From positions 1 to 37,618 of the IMG/VR virus record IMGVR_UViG_3300031519_002997: a stretch of DNA of 37,618 nt. One strand, written 5' to 3'. The position numbers were made by a program, and so were the translations under genes. The notes under the pieces are model-generated. The model was not told the DNA's origin. It worked only from the letters and a program-made list of their open reading frames with translations, and ran no database searches. Shown piece after piece: positions 1 to 7,469 of the stretch; the stretch's first letter is position 1; every line of letters starts with the position of its first letter. This DNA comes from a virus. Taxonomy: Duplodnaviria; Caudoviricetes.

Positions 1-98
1 TCGAGTTCTTTTCTTTTGAACTCCAAGTACATTGCTTCTTCTTCTTTAGATACCTTACCGTCTCCGTTAGTATCAGCGGGATGTATATTATCAGACAT
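1..98 (-). CDS. 5' part of a small protein with an EF-hand-like loop (runs off the window edge)
   Basis: Read by hand: ATG at 98, MSDNIHPADTNGDGKVSKEEEAMYLEFKRKELE...; D-x-N-x-D-G-K-V-S-x-x-E fits an EF-hand loop. Confidence 0.65.
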   Translation of the reverse strand, partial: MSDNIHPADTNGDGKVSKEEEAMYLEFKRKEL

Positions 99-99
99 C

Positions 100-255
100 T
101 TAATCTTCCTTCTTCCATATAGTCCATGCACCGTATGCAATAAGACCCCAGCCGATTAATGATGTTGGTATTAATATCATAACAATACCTCCACCAATAG
201 CAACTGCTCCATCTAATGAAGTCCTTTCCTTTAGTCTTGATTTGATAAAATCCAC
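100..255 (-). CDS. small two-TM membrane protein, 51 aa (not in the ORF track)
   Basis: GTG at 255 preceded by AAGGAGGTGATC (258-269); MDFIKSRLKERTSLDGAVAIGGGIVMILIPTSLIGWGLIAYGAWTIWKKED; stop abuts the next gene. Confidence 0.8.
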   Translation of the reverse strand: MDFIKSRLKERTSLDGAVAIGGGIVMILIPTSLIGWGLIAYGAWTIWKKED

Positions 256-333
256 TTGATCACCTCCTTTTTATTTTAATTAAAAACTCTTTAAATGTTT
301 CTTACAGTATACATTGTAAATTATAAGAAACAA

Positions 334-654
334 TTACTTACTAAATTGAACAGACGCACCACAACCGCACTGAGTTTCCTCGAGTGGATTAATGATTCTA
401 AATTGTTCGCTAAAACCTTCCTTCACAAAATCTATCGTAGCATTTTCGAAGTAAGGCTTACTTGCTAAATCAATAACGATTTTAAATTTACCGTAGGCTG
501 TTATAGTATCATCGTTGCTAAGCGTATCAGTCCAATCAAACAGATACTCGTAACCATTACAACCACTAGGCTTAACACCAACTCTGATATATTGCTTGCC
601 GTCTTCCGCTGCTTTCTTAGTCGCCTGAGATATTGCTGCATCAGTTAATAACAT
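334..654 (-). CDS. iscA: A-type Fe-S cluster carrier, HesB/IscA/ErpA family
   Basis: IRVGVKPSGCNGYEY and C-terminal NP...CGCGASV motifs supply the three conserved Cys. Confidence 0.93.
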   Translation of the reverse strand: MLLTDAAISQATKKAAEDGKQYIRVGVKPSGCNGYEYLFDWTDTLSNDDTITAYGKFKIVIDLASKPYFENATIDFVKEGFSEQFRIINPLEETQCGCGASVQFSK

Positions 655-657
655 CAG

Positions 658-1050
658 TTATCGTGAAACTAATTTAAGAATCTTTTTCAGATCTTCAGGA
701 CTTCTACCTATAAGATTCTGAAACTTGACTTTGTCATTAGGCTTCTTGAGTAAATCAAATCCTTTAAGGATCTTATCAGCTTCATCGCCTTTTAACTTTA
801 TTGACTTTTTGTTAGCAAATGTAATAGTACCAGAACCAGTGTCGAGTACCTTACGCAGCTGTGTAATAGGATTAAACTTAGATGCACCAACGTCAGCAGC
901 TGTAGCTCGCTCGTCAGGCTTATCTAATTCCTTCTTGAAATCAGGATCGCGTTTTAGATCACGAAGTGCGTCTGCTCTGGCGTTTTCGTTAACCATGTTA
1001 TCTACGTGTTTAGCAAGCATCATAGATTGTATTTGAGTTTGGATTGACAT
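658..1050 (-). CDS. hypothetical protein
   Basis: 130 aa ORF, coupled to neighbours in a minus-strand operon. Confidence 0.75.
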   Translation of the reverse strand: MSIQTQIQSMMLAKHVDNMVNENARADALRDLKRDPDFKKELDKPDERATAADVGASKFNPITQLRKVLDTGSGTITFANKKSIKLKGDEADKILKGFDLLKKPNDKVKFQNLIGRSPEDLKKILKLVSR

Positions 1051-1424
1051 TACTTTTTCTTCCTTTGAGTTTTTTCAAAACCGTCTAATCTTTTTTCGAT
1101 AGCGGTAATAGTTTGTTTAATTTCTGTTAGATCAACTCTTTCGTGAGATAGTGTTTCAAGCTGTTCCAGTCTATCTTCAATAGTGTCAATCTTCATTGTT
1201 ATTTTAGGATACTTCTTTCTCCATACATCAGGATCAGTTTGTAACCAAGTCCAACCCCAGCGAATTGCTAACATTTCCAAAAAGGAATCAAATTTAGCAA
1301 CTCCCCATTGAGCCATTCGTGTATCTTTAAACCAGAATAAGAATGCCGCACCAAGTAGTGAACCAAGGATTGCTGTATAGATCCACAAAGTATCTGAGGT
1401 TAGCTTGTCTAGTAAGTCAATCAT
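1050..1424 (-). CDS. hypothetical membrane protein (N-terminal TM, C-terminal coiled coil)
   Basis: Hydrophobic LWIYTAILGSLLGAAFLFWF followed by a heptad-like region; stop/start overlaps with both neighbours. Confidence 0.8.
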   Translation of the reverse strand: MIDLLDKLTSDTLWIYTAILGSLLGAAFLFWFKDTRMAQWGVAKFDSFLEMLAIRWGWTWLQTDPDVWRKKYPKITMKIDTIEDRLEQLETLSHERVDLTEIKQTITAIEKRLDGFEKTQRKKK

Positions 1425-2179
1425 TATTCGCCGTCCTTAGTATACTGTTTATAGTTAGACATGCTGTGATCATACAATCCGTCAAAAGGTTGCCCCTTTC
1501 TTAGCGCAGTCCACTTACCACGGAACTTGTCTTTCAGCTTTCTCCACCAAGCAAGATTCTTGAAGATACCGTTATAGTTAAAATACATAACAGTACCATG
1601 ATGTCTATAACCCATAAACCACATAGGAACGGTTGTTACCAAATCATTGTTATTAACAAAGCGATAATGCGTAACGTGTGCAATAGAATCTACGAACTTC
1701 TTATTACCAACTCTTGGAGAACCAAAAGTATATAGTGTAAGTTGTTTACCTTGTAAGTGCATTCTTGAAGCAGCGATAGTTGCCATTGCGGCTCCTAACG
1801 AATGACCACATACAGTAATCTTTTTATCTCGATGGCTTTTATTAATAAACTTAATTATTTGGTCCCATAACTGATTAACTTCGTTTTGAAATCCATTATG
1901 TACCCAACCGCCAATCTGTGCTTTATCAGGCCATATATTTAAATCAGCTTTAAGATCATTAAACTCTGTTGGTTCAGTACCACGAAAGGCCAAAACAACT
2001 TCATTTTTATTCCAACCAACATGTGCTTGAGCGCCGGATTTCTCGAAGAACTTATGTCCTGTTAATCCAACGGTCTTAAAAAGTTTCTTTGCTTCTGCTG
2101 CGTCTTCGTATGCCCATGCCGATAAATTGGCCATACGGTGTGCTTCTACCTTTACATCACTAAATATTACTTTATCCAT
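1424..2179 (-). CDS. class 3 lipase (alpha/beta hydrolase)
   Basis: LAFRGTE, VHNGF, nucleophile elbow GHSLG, YTFGSPRVG, RFVNNNDLVTTVP (Asp), DHSM (His). Confidence 0.92.
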   Translation of the reverse strand: MDKVIFSDVKVEAHRMANLSAWAYEDAAEAKKLFKTVGLTGHKFFEKSGAQAHVGWNKNEVVLAFRGTEPTEFNDLKADLNIWPDKAQIGGWVHNGFQNEVNQLWDQIIKFINKSHRDKKITVCGHSLGAAMATIAASRMHLQGKQLTLYTFGSPRVGNKKFVDSIAHVTHYRFVNNNDLVTTVPMWFMGYRHHGTVMYFNYNGIFKNLAWWRKLKDKFRGKWTALRKGQPFDGLYDHSMSNYKQYTKDGE

Positions 2180-2218
2180 TATTCTGTCTCCATTTAAGTA
2201 TTCTACAAGTTCTGGTTT

Positions 2219-2230
2219 TATTTATAAATA
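2219..2230. promoter_or_regulatory. palindromic bidirectional T4-type late promoter (TATAAATA on both strands)
   Basis: TATTTATAAATA gives TATAAATA on + at 2223-2230 and on - at 2219-2226, between divergent operons. Confidence 0.8.
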
Positions 2231-2283
2231 GTATCGTATATGGTAAACAGTTATCATATCATTTATTATTACAGAGGTGAAGA

Positions 2284-2901
2284 ATGTCAAACAATTTAAA
2301 AGAACTAACCCGCGCCCATCACGATAACGCAGAAAGAACAGAGTTTGCAGATATGCTATTGGGTGGTGGAATCAGTCCTAGACTATATCAAGAATACCTA
2401 CACGCCCAACTATCAAATTACAGAGTCCTAGAAGGCGCAGTTGCTGTACCTATGGAACTCGAACCAATTTTTAGATCCGCGGGGATCGAAGAAGATCTTC
2501 AAGAAATCGAAGCACTATACGACTTAGAAGAAATTGAAGAAGATCTTACATCAACAAAAGAATACGCTAAACATATTAGTACCCTCGTTGAGAAAAAAGA
2601 TAACGATGGATTACTTGCCCATTTATATGTTAGACATTTTGGTGATGCTCATGGCGGTCAAATTATTAAACGTAATGTCCCTGGTGCAGGTCTTATGTAT
2701 GAATTTGAAGATCGTAAAGATCTAATCGCATTAACAAGAACATTGTTACACGACGGTATGGAAACAGAAGCAAAGAACTGCTTTGAATATGCAGAACGAT
2801 TGTTCCATGAATTAATTGAACGTTTCCATAACAACGCTGGAGATTATGAACCTGAAGATTACGCGTTAGCACGGAAAATGGGAAGCTTTGAGGAAGAGTA
2901 A
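2284..2901 (+). CDS. hemO: heme oxygenase (biliverdin-forming)
   Basis: LKELTRAHHDNAE proximal-His helix; HLYVRHFGDAHGGQII resembles the HO distal motif Y-x-R-Y-L-G-D-L-S-G-G-Q; SD GAGGTG. Confidence 0.92.
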   Translation: MSNNLKELTRAHHDNAERTEFADMLLGGGISPRLYQEYLHAQLSNYRVLEGAVAVPMELEPIFRSAGIEEDLQEIEALYDLEEIEEDLTSTKEYAKHISTLVEKKDNDGLLAHLYVRHFGDAHGGQIIKRNVPGAGLMYEFEDRKDLIALTRTLLHDGMETEAKNCFEYAERLFHELIERFHNNAGDYEPEDYALARKMGSFEEE

Positions 2902-3602
2902 TGGTTGTTGATAGCGAACTATTTGATACATTAAGAAAACTTGCTGCTACATTAATTAATGAATTCGATACTGCGATGGAAAGAGTTGAGAATCCAAAAC
3001 ATGTAGCAGACCTAGATGGCTGGAGAGATTATTTTTGGGAGAGTAAAACTATTCGTAAAGCTCATCTAAAAACGATTGAACCTGTTGGTAAGAATAAGTT
3101 GTGGTTGATGCATATCAATATCTTTCCACACTTTGATTCTGATCTGCCTATCTTTGGTCTAGATATTGTTGCGAATCCTAAAAAGGTTAGTGGTTGCTTT
3201 TGTGACTACTCTCCAGTTGATGAATCGCAAACAGTTAACCATCCTTATATGATTAAGTTTAGAACTATGACTAAAGATTATGAATGGAAGAAAGCTAGAG
3301 TAATGCCTGATTGGGCTCTCGAGATATTCTCCCCAGATATCGTTGGTGCTGGTGCAATTAAGAATGGCGATGAGACAGCTCAGTTAACCGACATGGCTTT
3401 GTCATTAACTAGATTCTATTTTGCTGAGATGGATAAACCGATTTATAGACAACGTGTAATAAACTCTAAGGAAGCCCAGAACAAGTATTGTAAGAATCAA
3501 AAGTTAAATCGTATGTTGCATAGTTCTATTTTATCTATGGGAATCTCTGAGGAACGTAAAAACGAGTACGTTAATAACGTTTTATTTGAGGAAATCGACT
3601 GA
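2901..3602 (+). CDS. pcyX: ferredoxin-dependent bilin reductase, PcyA/PcyX-like (divergent)
   Basis: RKAHL...MHINIFP...LPIFGLDIVA...DYSP, RVMPDWALEIFSP and QNKYCKNQKLN match FDBR motifs; coupled to hemO. Subfamily assignment is tentative. Confidence 0.85.
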   Translation: MVVDSELFDTLRKLAATLINEFDTAMERVENPKHVADLDGWRDYFWESKTIRKAHLKTIEPVGKNKLWLMHINIFPHFDSDLPIFGLDIVANPKKVSGCFCDYSPVDESQTVNHPYMIKFRTMTKDYEWKKARVMPDWALEIFSPDIVGAGAIKNGDETAQLTDMALSLTRFYFAEMDKPIYRQRVINSKEAQNKYCKNQKLNRMLHSSILSMGISEERKNEYVNNVLFEEID

Positions 3603-3759
3603 TAGAGATATATCATTTTGTAATATAATCTATAACGAAATATAATGGAAAGATATAGCAGTTTTTGCTTTAGTCTGGTATATATACAGTTGTATAGAAT
3701 TGAATATGGTGGACATGGAAAAATTGTTTAATTATATTCTCCTATGCAACATATTTCTA

Positions 3760-3788
3760 TTGACAAATAGGTGTTGATAGATTATAAT
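3760..3788 (+). promoter_or_regulatory. consensus sigma70 (early) promoter
   Basis: TTGACA 3760-3765, 17 bp spacer, TATAAT 3783-3788. Confidence 0.85.
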
Positions 3789-3856
3789 AGATACTTAATT
3801 AAACAATAATCCTGGAGATTAAACAATGACTGCTGTATGCAACATGGTGGGGGTAA

Positions 3857-4003
3857 ATGAAAACTTTATCTAACACTATCGACAACCTGAAAGAAAACGA
3901 ACGAGTTTGCTATTTTTGTAACATGGTTAATTCCATCATGCAAATAACCCTTCCTCTCGCATTGCCATTCCTCGTAATAATGGCTGCATCTAACGCTTCA
4001 TGA
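3857..4003 (+). CDS. small 48 aa protein with CxxC and a hydrophobic C-terminus
   Basis: MKTLSNTIDNLKENERVCYFCNMVNSIMQITLPLALPFLVIMAASNAS; downstream of the 3760 promoter; overlapped by a 15 aa ORF (3826-3873) that has a GGAG SD. Confidence 0.55.
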   Translation: MKTLSNTIDNLKENERVCYFCNMVNSIMQITLPLALPFLVIMAASNAS

Positions 4004-4022
4004 AATTAAAATCATAAAGCTA

Positions 4023-4051
4023 TTGACATCCCAACAAAACTGTGTTATAAT
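4023..4051 (+). promoter_or_regulatory. consensus sigma70 promoter
   Basis: TTGACA 4023-4028, 17 bp spacer, TATAAT 4046-4051. Confidence 0.85.
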
Positions 4052-4121
4052 ATATCGGTCAAGTCGCAATTTAGCCTCTTGACCGAATTTCTAATAAAAA
4101 TTCGAAATAATTTAATTATCC

Positions 4122-4244
4122 ATTGACATTCTATGTCAACTATGGTATAATGGTACTATAAATTGATAAACACATCAACTAATCTAAAATATCTATTGAC
4201 ATTCTATGTCAAGTGTGATATAATGGTACTATAAATGGATAAAC
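4122..4244 (+). repeat. duplicated ~50 bp promoter module (period 73 bp); each copy is a perfect sigma70 promoter with a palindrome over the -35
   Basis: ATTGACATTCTATGTCAA-N6-TATAATGGTACTATAAAT-x-GATAAAC at 4122-4171 and 4195-4244; -35/-10 at 4123/4146 and 4196/4219. Confidence 0.85.
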
Positions 4245-4270
4245 CAATTAATACAGAAGAGGATAAGTCA

Positions 4271-4519
4271 ATGGCAGTATTAGCACTAACACCTGACAAG
4301 ATCCACCACGAAATTGCTCGACATATATCCAGAGGTGTACCTTATATAGACGCGCTTGTTGATTTTGCAGAGAAGAACGAAATTGAAATTGAAACAGTCG
4401 CCCAAATAGTAAAGAAGTCTTCCGTATTGAAAGAGAAGATTAGAACTGAAGCAGTTAATTTGAGAATGGTGAAGAAAGAAGATGGAATCGAAGATATCAC
4501 AGACTATTGCGAGCGATGA
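4271..4519 (+). CDS. 33: late-promoter transcription coactivator, T4 gp33-like
   Basis: YIDALVDFAEKNEIEIETVAQIV...LKEKIRTEAVNLRMV pattern and 33-59-32 synteny. ATG 4271 has SD GAGGA; alternative start 4235. Confidence 0.85.
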   Translation: MAVLALTPDKIHHEIARHISRGVPYIDALVDFAEKNEIEIETVAQIVKKSSVLKEKIRTEAVNLRMVKKEDGIEDITDYCER

Positions 4520-5090
4520 ATCGTTTAATGCTTACGTTAAATTTTTGGCGTTAAGAAAACATTTTTCAACCGAGAGCTACGATTATTTTAAATATAATGG
4601 TAAGGTCCGAGCAAATAGAGATACCTTTATGTCTCGACCTGATGCATATTCTTTTGCTAAATTGGCAAAGAGAGATGACTACGAAGGTTTAATCGTTAGT
4701 AATCTTTTAATAAATAAATCAGTCTGGGTACGTGATCTACTTGATAGTGAATGCGAAGCCAGACATACAAATTGGAAGAAGAGGAAGGAGTCGTTAGGCT
4801 ACATCTTCAAATCCGAGCTTGCTCATCTTAAGGATGAATACAAGCAAAACTTTATATCAAAGGACGGACAACATCCTTATGTTATGACTTTATTGTTACA
4901 ACGACAGATTAGTTTGGAGACATTTACTATTCTTTCTCACAGTGCGAATATATTTTCATACTGGCAAGAAAAAGTAGTTGACAAACACGTATCTTTTGAT
5001 ATAATAAACAAATCTAAAAAGTACAAACCCTTTTTGGATTATAATGAAGAACGGTTCGCGAAATTAATCAAGAATCACTATTCACTTTAA
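4482..5090 (+). CDS. 59: helicase loader, T4 gp59-like
   Basis: FLALRKHFSTESYDYFKYNGKVRA, ISLETF and KYKPFL motifs; directly upstream of gene 32. Confidence 0.88.
   Translation: MESKISQTIASDESFNAYVKFLALRKHFSTESYDYFKYNGKVRANRDTFMSRPDAYSFAKLAKRDDYEGLIVSNLLINKSVWVRDLLDSECEARHTNWKKRKESLGYIFKSELAHLKDEYKQNFISKDGQHPYVMTLLLQRQISLETFTILSHSANIFSYWQEKVVDKHVSFDIINKSKKYKPFLDYNEERFAKLIKNHYSL
4978..5005 (+). promoter_or_regulatory. sigma70 promoter inside gene 59, likely serving gene 32
   Basis: TTGACA 4978-4983, 16 bp spacer, TATAAT 5000-5005. Confidence 0.7.
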
Positions 5091-5138
5091 CGTAATACAA
5101 ACTACGCAATATAACGCTATACATTCAGGAGAATATAC

Positions 5139-6065
5139 ATGGCACAGACAGATTTTAACTCACTCAAGAAAAACCGTACAAAGACCCTCGATAAACTGAA
5201 TTCTCAGTTAGAGAAAATTTCTACAAAATCTTACTCAGATCCTAATGCAGGAAAGTTCTGGAAACCAACTAAAGATAAAGCAGGGAATGGCTTCGCAGTT
5301 ATTCGATTCTTGCCGGCGTCTGTTGGCGAAGAAATGCCTTTCGTTAGAATATGGGACCACGGGTTTCAAGGACCAACAGGACTTTGGTATATTGAAAACT
5401 CGCTAACTACTCTCAACCAAGATGACCCAGTATCTGAGTTTAACTCAAAGCTGTGGAATTCTGGTGTTGAATCCGATAAAGAAGTTGCACGTAAGCAGAA
5501 GCGTCGCCTTAAGTATACTGCTAACATCTATATCGTTAAAGACCCTGGTAATCCAGATAACGACGGCAAAGTTTTCATGTATCAGTTTGGTAAAAAGATC
5601 TTCGATAAGTTGAATGATCTAATGAATCCAACCTTTGAAGATGAAGCAGCAACCAACCCGTTTGATTTTTGGGAAGGCGCAAACTTTCGTTTGAAGATTC
5701 GCAAATTTGAAGGCTATCCTAACTACGATAAGTCTGAATTTGATCCAGCAAGTCCATTGCTTGAAGATGATGATGCATTGGAAGGCGTATGGAAGCAACA
5801 ACATTTGCTACAAGAATTGGTATCTCCAAGTAACTTCAAATCTTATACAGATCTGAAAACTAAATTGTACCGAGTACTTGATCTACAAGCTGATGCTGGT
5901 CAAACTGCTGCTCCACAGATTGAAGCTGCTGACTCTGCGTTGGATCTATCAAGTGGATTCTCTGATAATGCTCCAAGTCCTGCTCCTACCGCTGAAGCTA
6001 GCGTTGGTGCTACGGATGACGGTGATGATGACCTTGCGATGTTTAAGGAACTTGCTCGCGGTTAA
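5139..6065 (+). CDS. 32: single-stranded DNA-binding protein, T4 gp32
   Basis: DKAGNGFAVIRFLP, HGFQGPTGLWYIENS, FGKKIFDK, NPFDFWEGANF, NYDKSEF and an acidic tail. Confidence 0.96.
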   Translation: MAQTDFNSLKKNRTKTLDKLNSQLEKISTKSYSDPNAGKFWKPTKDKAGNGFAVIRFLPASVGEEMPFVRIWDHGFQGPTGLWYIENSLTTLNQDDPVSEFNSKLWNSGVESDKEVARKQKRRLKYTANIYIVKDPGNPDNDGKVFMYQFGKKIFDKLNDLMNPTFEDEAATNPFDFWEGANFRLKIRKFEGYPNYDKSEFDPASPLLEDDDALEGVWKQQHLLQELVSPSNFKSYTDLKTKLYRVLDLQADAGQTAAPQIEAADSALDLSSGFSDNAPSPAPTAEASVGATDDGDDDLAMFKELARG

Positions 6066-6075
6066 TAACAGTGTA

Positions 6076-6098
6076 GGGGATCTTCGGGTCCCCTTTTT
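6076..6098 (+). terminator. rho-independent terminator with a C(UUCG)G tetraloop
   Basis: GGGGATC-TTCG-GGTCCCC-TTTTT just after the gene 32 stop. Confidence 0.9.
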
Positions 6099-6110
6099 AA
6101 AGGAGGCTAT

Positions 6111-6395
6111 ATGTCTATAACAAAACAAGAAGCAGTTCTTGACTTTGATTTTGGCTTTACCGCTGTTGATGCTGATGAACTTGATATAGTTCTAAAGCAA
6201 AGAGATGATTTATCTGATCTTAACCACACTGCAGAATCAAACGCCGCTAAATCGCAAATGCTTTACGATATGGTGGTACCCTTAATTAATAACTTAAAAC
6301 AGAACCCAGAAAAGGATTACATCTATTGGCCAAACCGATATGAGAAACTTGATGAGTTTGAATCTAAGTTATACGCAATTCTAAATGGAGAATAA
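6111..6395 (+). CDS. hypothetical protein of T4-like phages
   Basis: SD AAGGAGG; DFDFGFTAVD...NPEKDYIYWPNR; between gene 32 and uvsX. Confidence 0.8.
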   Translation: MSITKQEAVLDFDFGFTAVDADELDIVLKQRDDLSDLNHTAESNAAKSQMLYDMVVPLINNLKQNPEKDYIYWPNRYEKLDEFESKLYAILNGE

Positions 6396-6401
6396 TATAA
6401 A

Positions 6402-7469
6402 ATGAGTTTACTCGATAAAATGTTAAAGGCAGGATCTGTTAAAGGATCGTCTGTTCTTTCTAAATCAACCTTCTTCCAAGCAAAGGATCCTATTAAAACA
6501 GATCTTCCTATTGTTAATATTGCCTTTAGTGGCAGTCTTAATGGTGGATTGATTCCTGGGCTAACAGTCCTAGCTGGAGTATCTAAAAGTTTTAAAACAC
6601 TATTAGGTTTGTATTGCATGAAGGCATACCTTGATAAGTATAAGGATGGCGTTGCTATTCTATATGATTCAGAATATGGTATTACACCTGACTATCTCGA
6701 AAGTTTCGACATCGATATTGATCGTGTTATTCACGTACCTCTTGAAGATATAGAACAGTTGAAGTTTGACTTAACAAGACGTCTTGACGAAGTTACTAAA
6801 GGCGATCGTGTTATGATTATGATCGACTCAATTGGTAACCTTGCTTCTAAGAAAGAAGTTGATGATGCTATGGATGGTAAATCTGTTGCTGATATGACAA
6901 GAGCAAAACAGCTTAAGTCACTATTCAGAATTGTTACGCCTAAACTAACTACACGTGATATTCCTTGTATTGCTATCAACCACGTATACCAAGAAATCGG
7001 TCTGTTCCCTAAGAACATCGTTTCAGGTGGTACAGGTATTATGTATAGTGCAAACCAAGTATTCATTATTGGTAAAGCTCAGCAAAAGGATGGCAAAGAT
7101 CTAGAAGGTTTCAAGTTTACTATTAATATTGAAAAGTCAAGATACGTTAAGGAAAAATCAAAACTTCCTTTCACTGTATTATTTGATAAAGGTATTCAGA
7201 AATGGTCATCGTTAATGGAATTGGCTTTGGAGTCAGGACATCTTGATTCTAAAACTCAAGGCTGGTATAACGAAATCAATATGGATACTGGTGAAGTACT
7301 TGAACCTAAACGTAGAGCTAAGGATATTATGGTTGATGATGCATTCTTTGAACGTATCATGAAATGTCCTAAGTACAACGAATACATTGAACGCAAGTTT
7401 AAACTTAATGCAGCAGTAATGGGAGATCAAAATGCTCGAGAAAACGATACTATCGAATCTGATTCTTAA
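6402..7469 (+). CDS. uvsX: RecA-like recombinase UvsX
   Basis: Walker A GVSKSFKT, YDSEYG, IDSIGNLASKKE, DMTRAK, SGGTG. Confidence 0.95.
   Translation: MSLLDKMLKAGSVKGSSVLSKSTFFQAKDPIKTDLPIVNIAFSGSLNGGLIPGLTVLAGVSKSFKTLLGLYCMKAYLDKYKDGVAILYDSEYGITPDYLESFDIDIDRVIHVPLEDIEQLKFDLTRRLDEVTKGDRVMIMIDSIGNLASKKEVDDAMDGKSVADMTRAKQLKSLFRIVTPKLTTRDIPCIAINHVYQEIGLFPKNIVSGGTGIMYSANQVFIIGKAQQKDGKDLEGFKFTINIEKSRYVKEKSKLPFTVLFDKGIQKWSSLMELALESGHLDSKTQGWYNEINMDTGEVLEPKRRAKDIMVDDAFFERIMKCPKYNEYIERKFKLNAAVMGDQNARENDTIESDS

Noticed and set aside
2284-3602. Cyanophage ho1-pebS/pcyA cassette implying a cyanobacterial host
   Set aside because: Cyanobacteria use the C5 pathway rather than ALAS, and no photosynthesis genes appear in this window. 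A cyanobacterial host is disfavoured but not excluded.
3603-3745. Possible minus-strand 28 aa ORF and short AT-rich palindromes after the bilin reductase gene
   Set aside because: The SD-like GGAG is too far from the ATG and no Fur/Irr-like box can be supported; consistent with AT-rich background.
4122-4244. Palindromic direct repeats resembling a mini CRISPR array
   Set aside because: Only two copies, each a full -35/-10 promoter, and no cas genes in the window.
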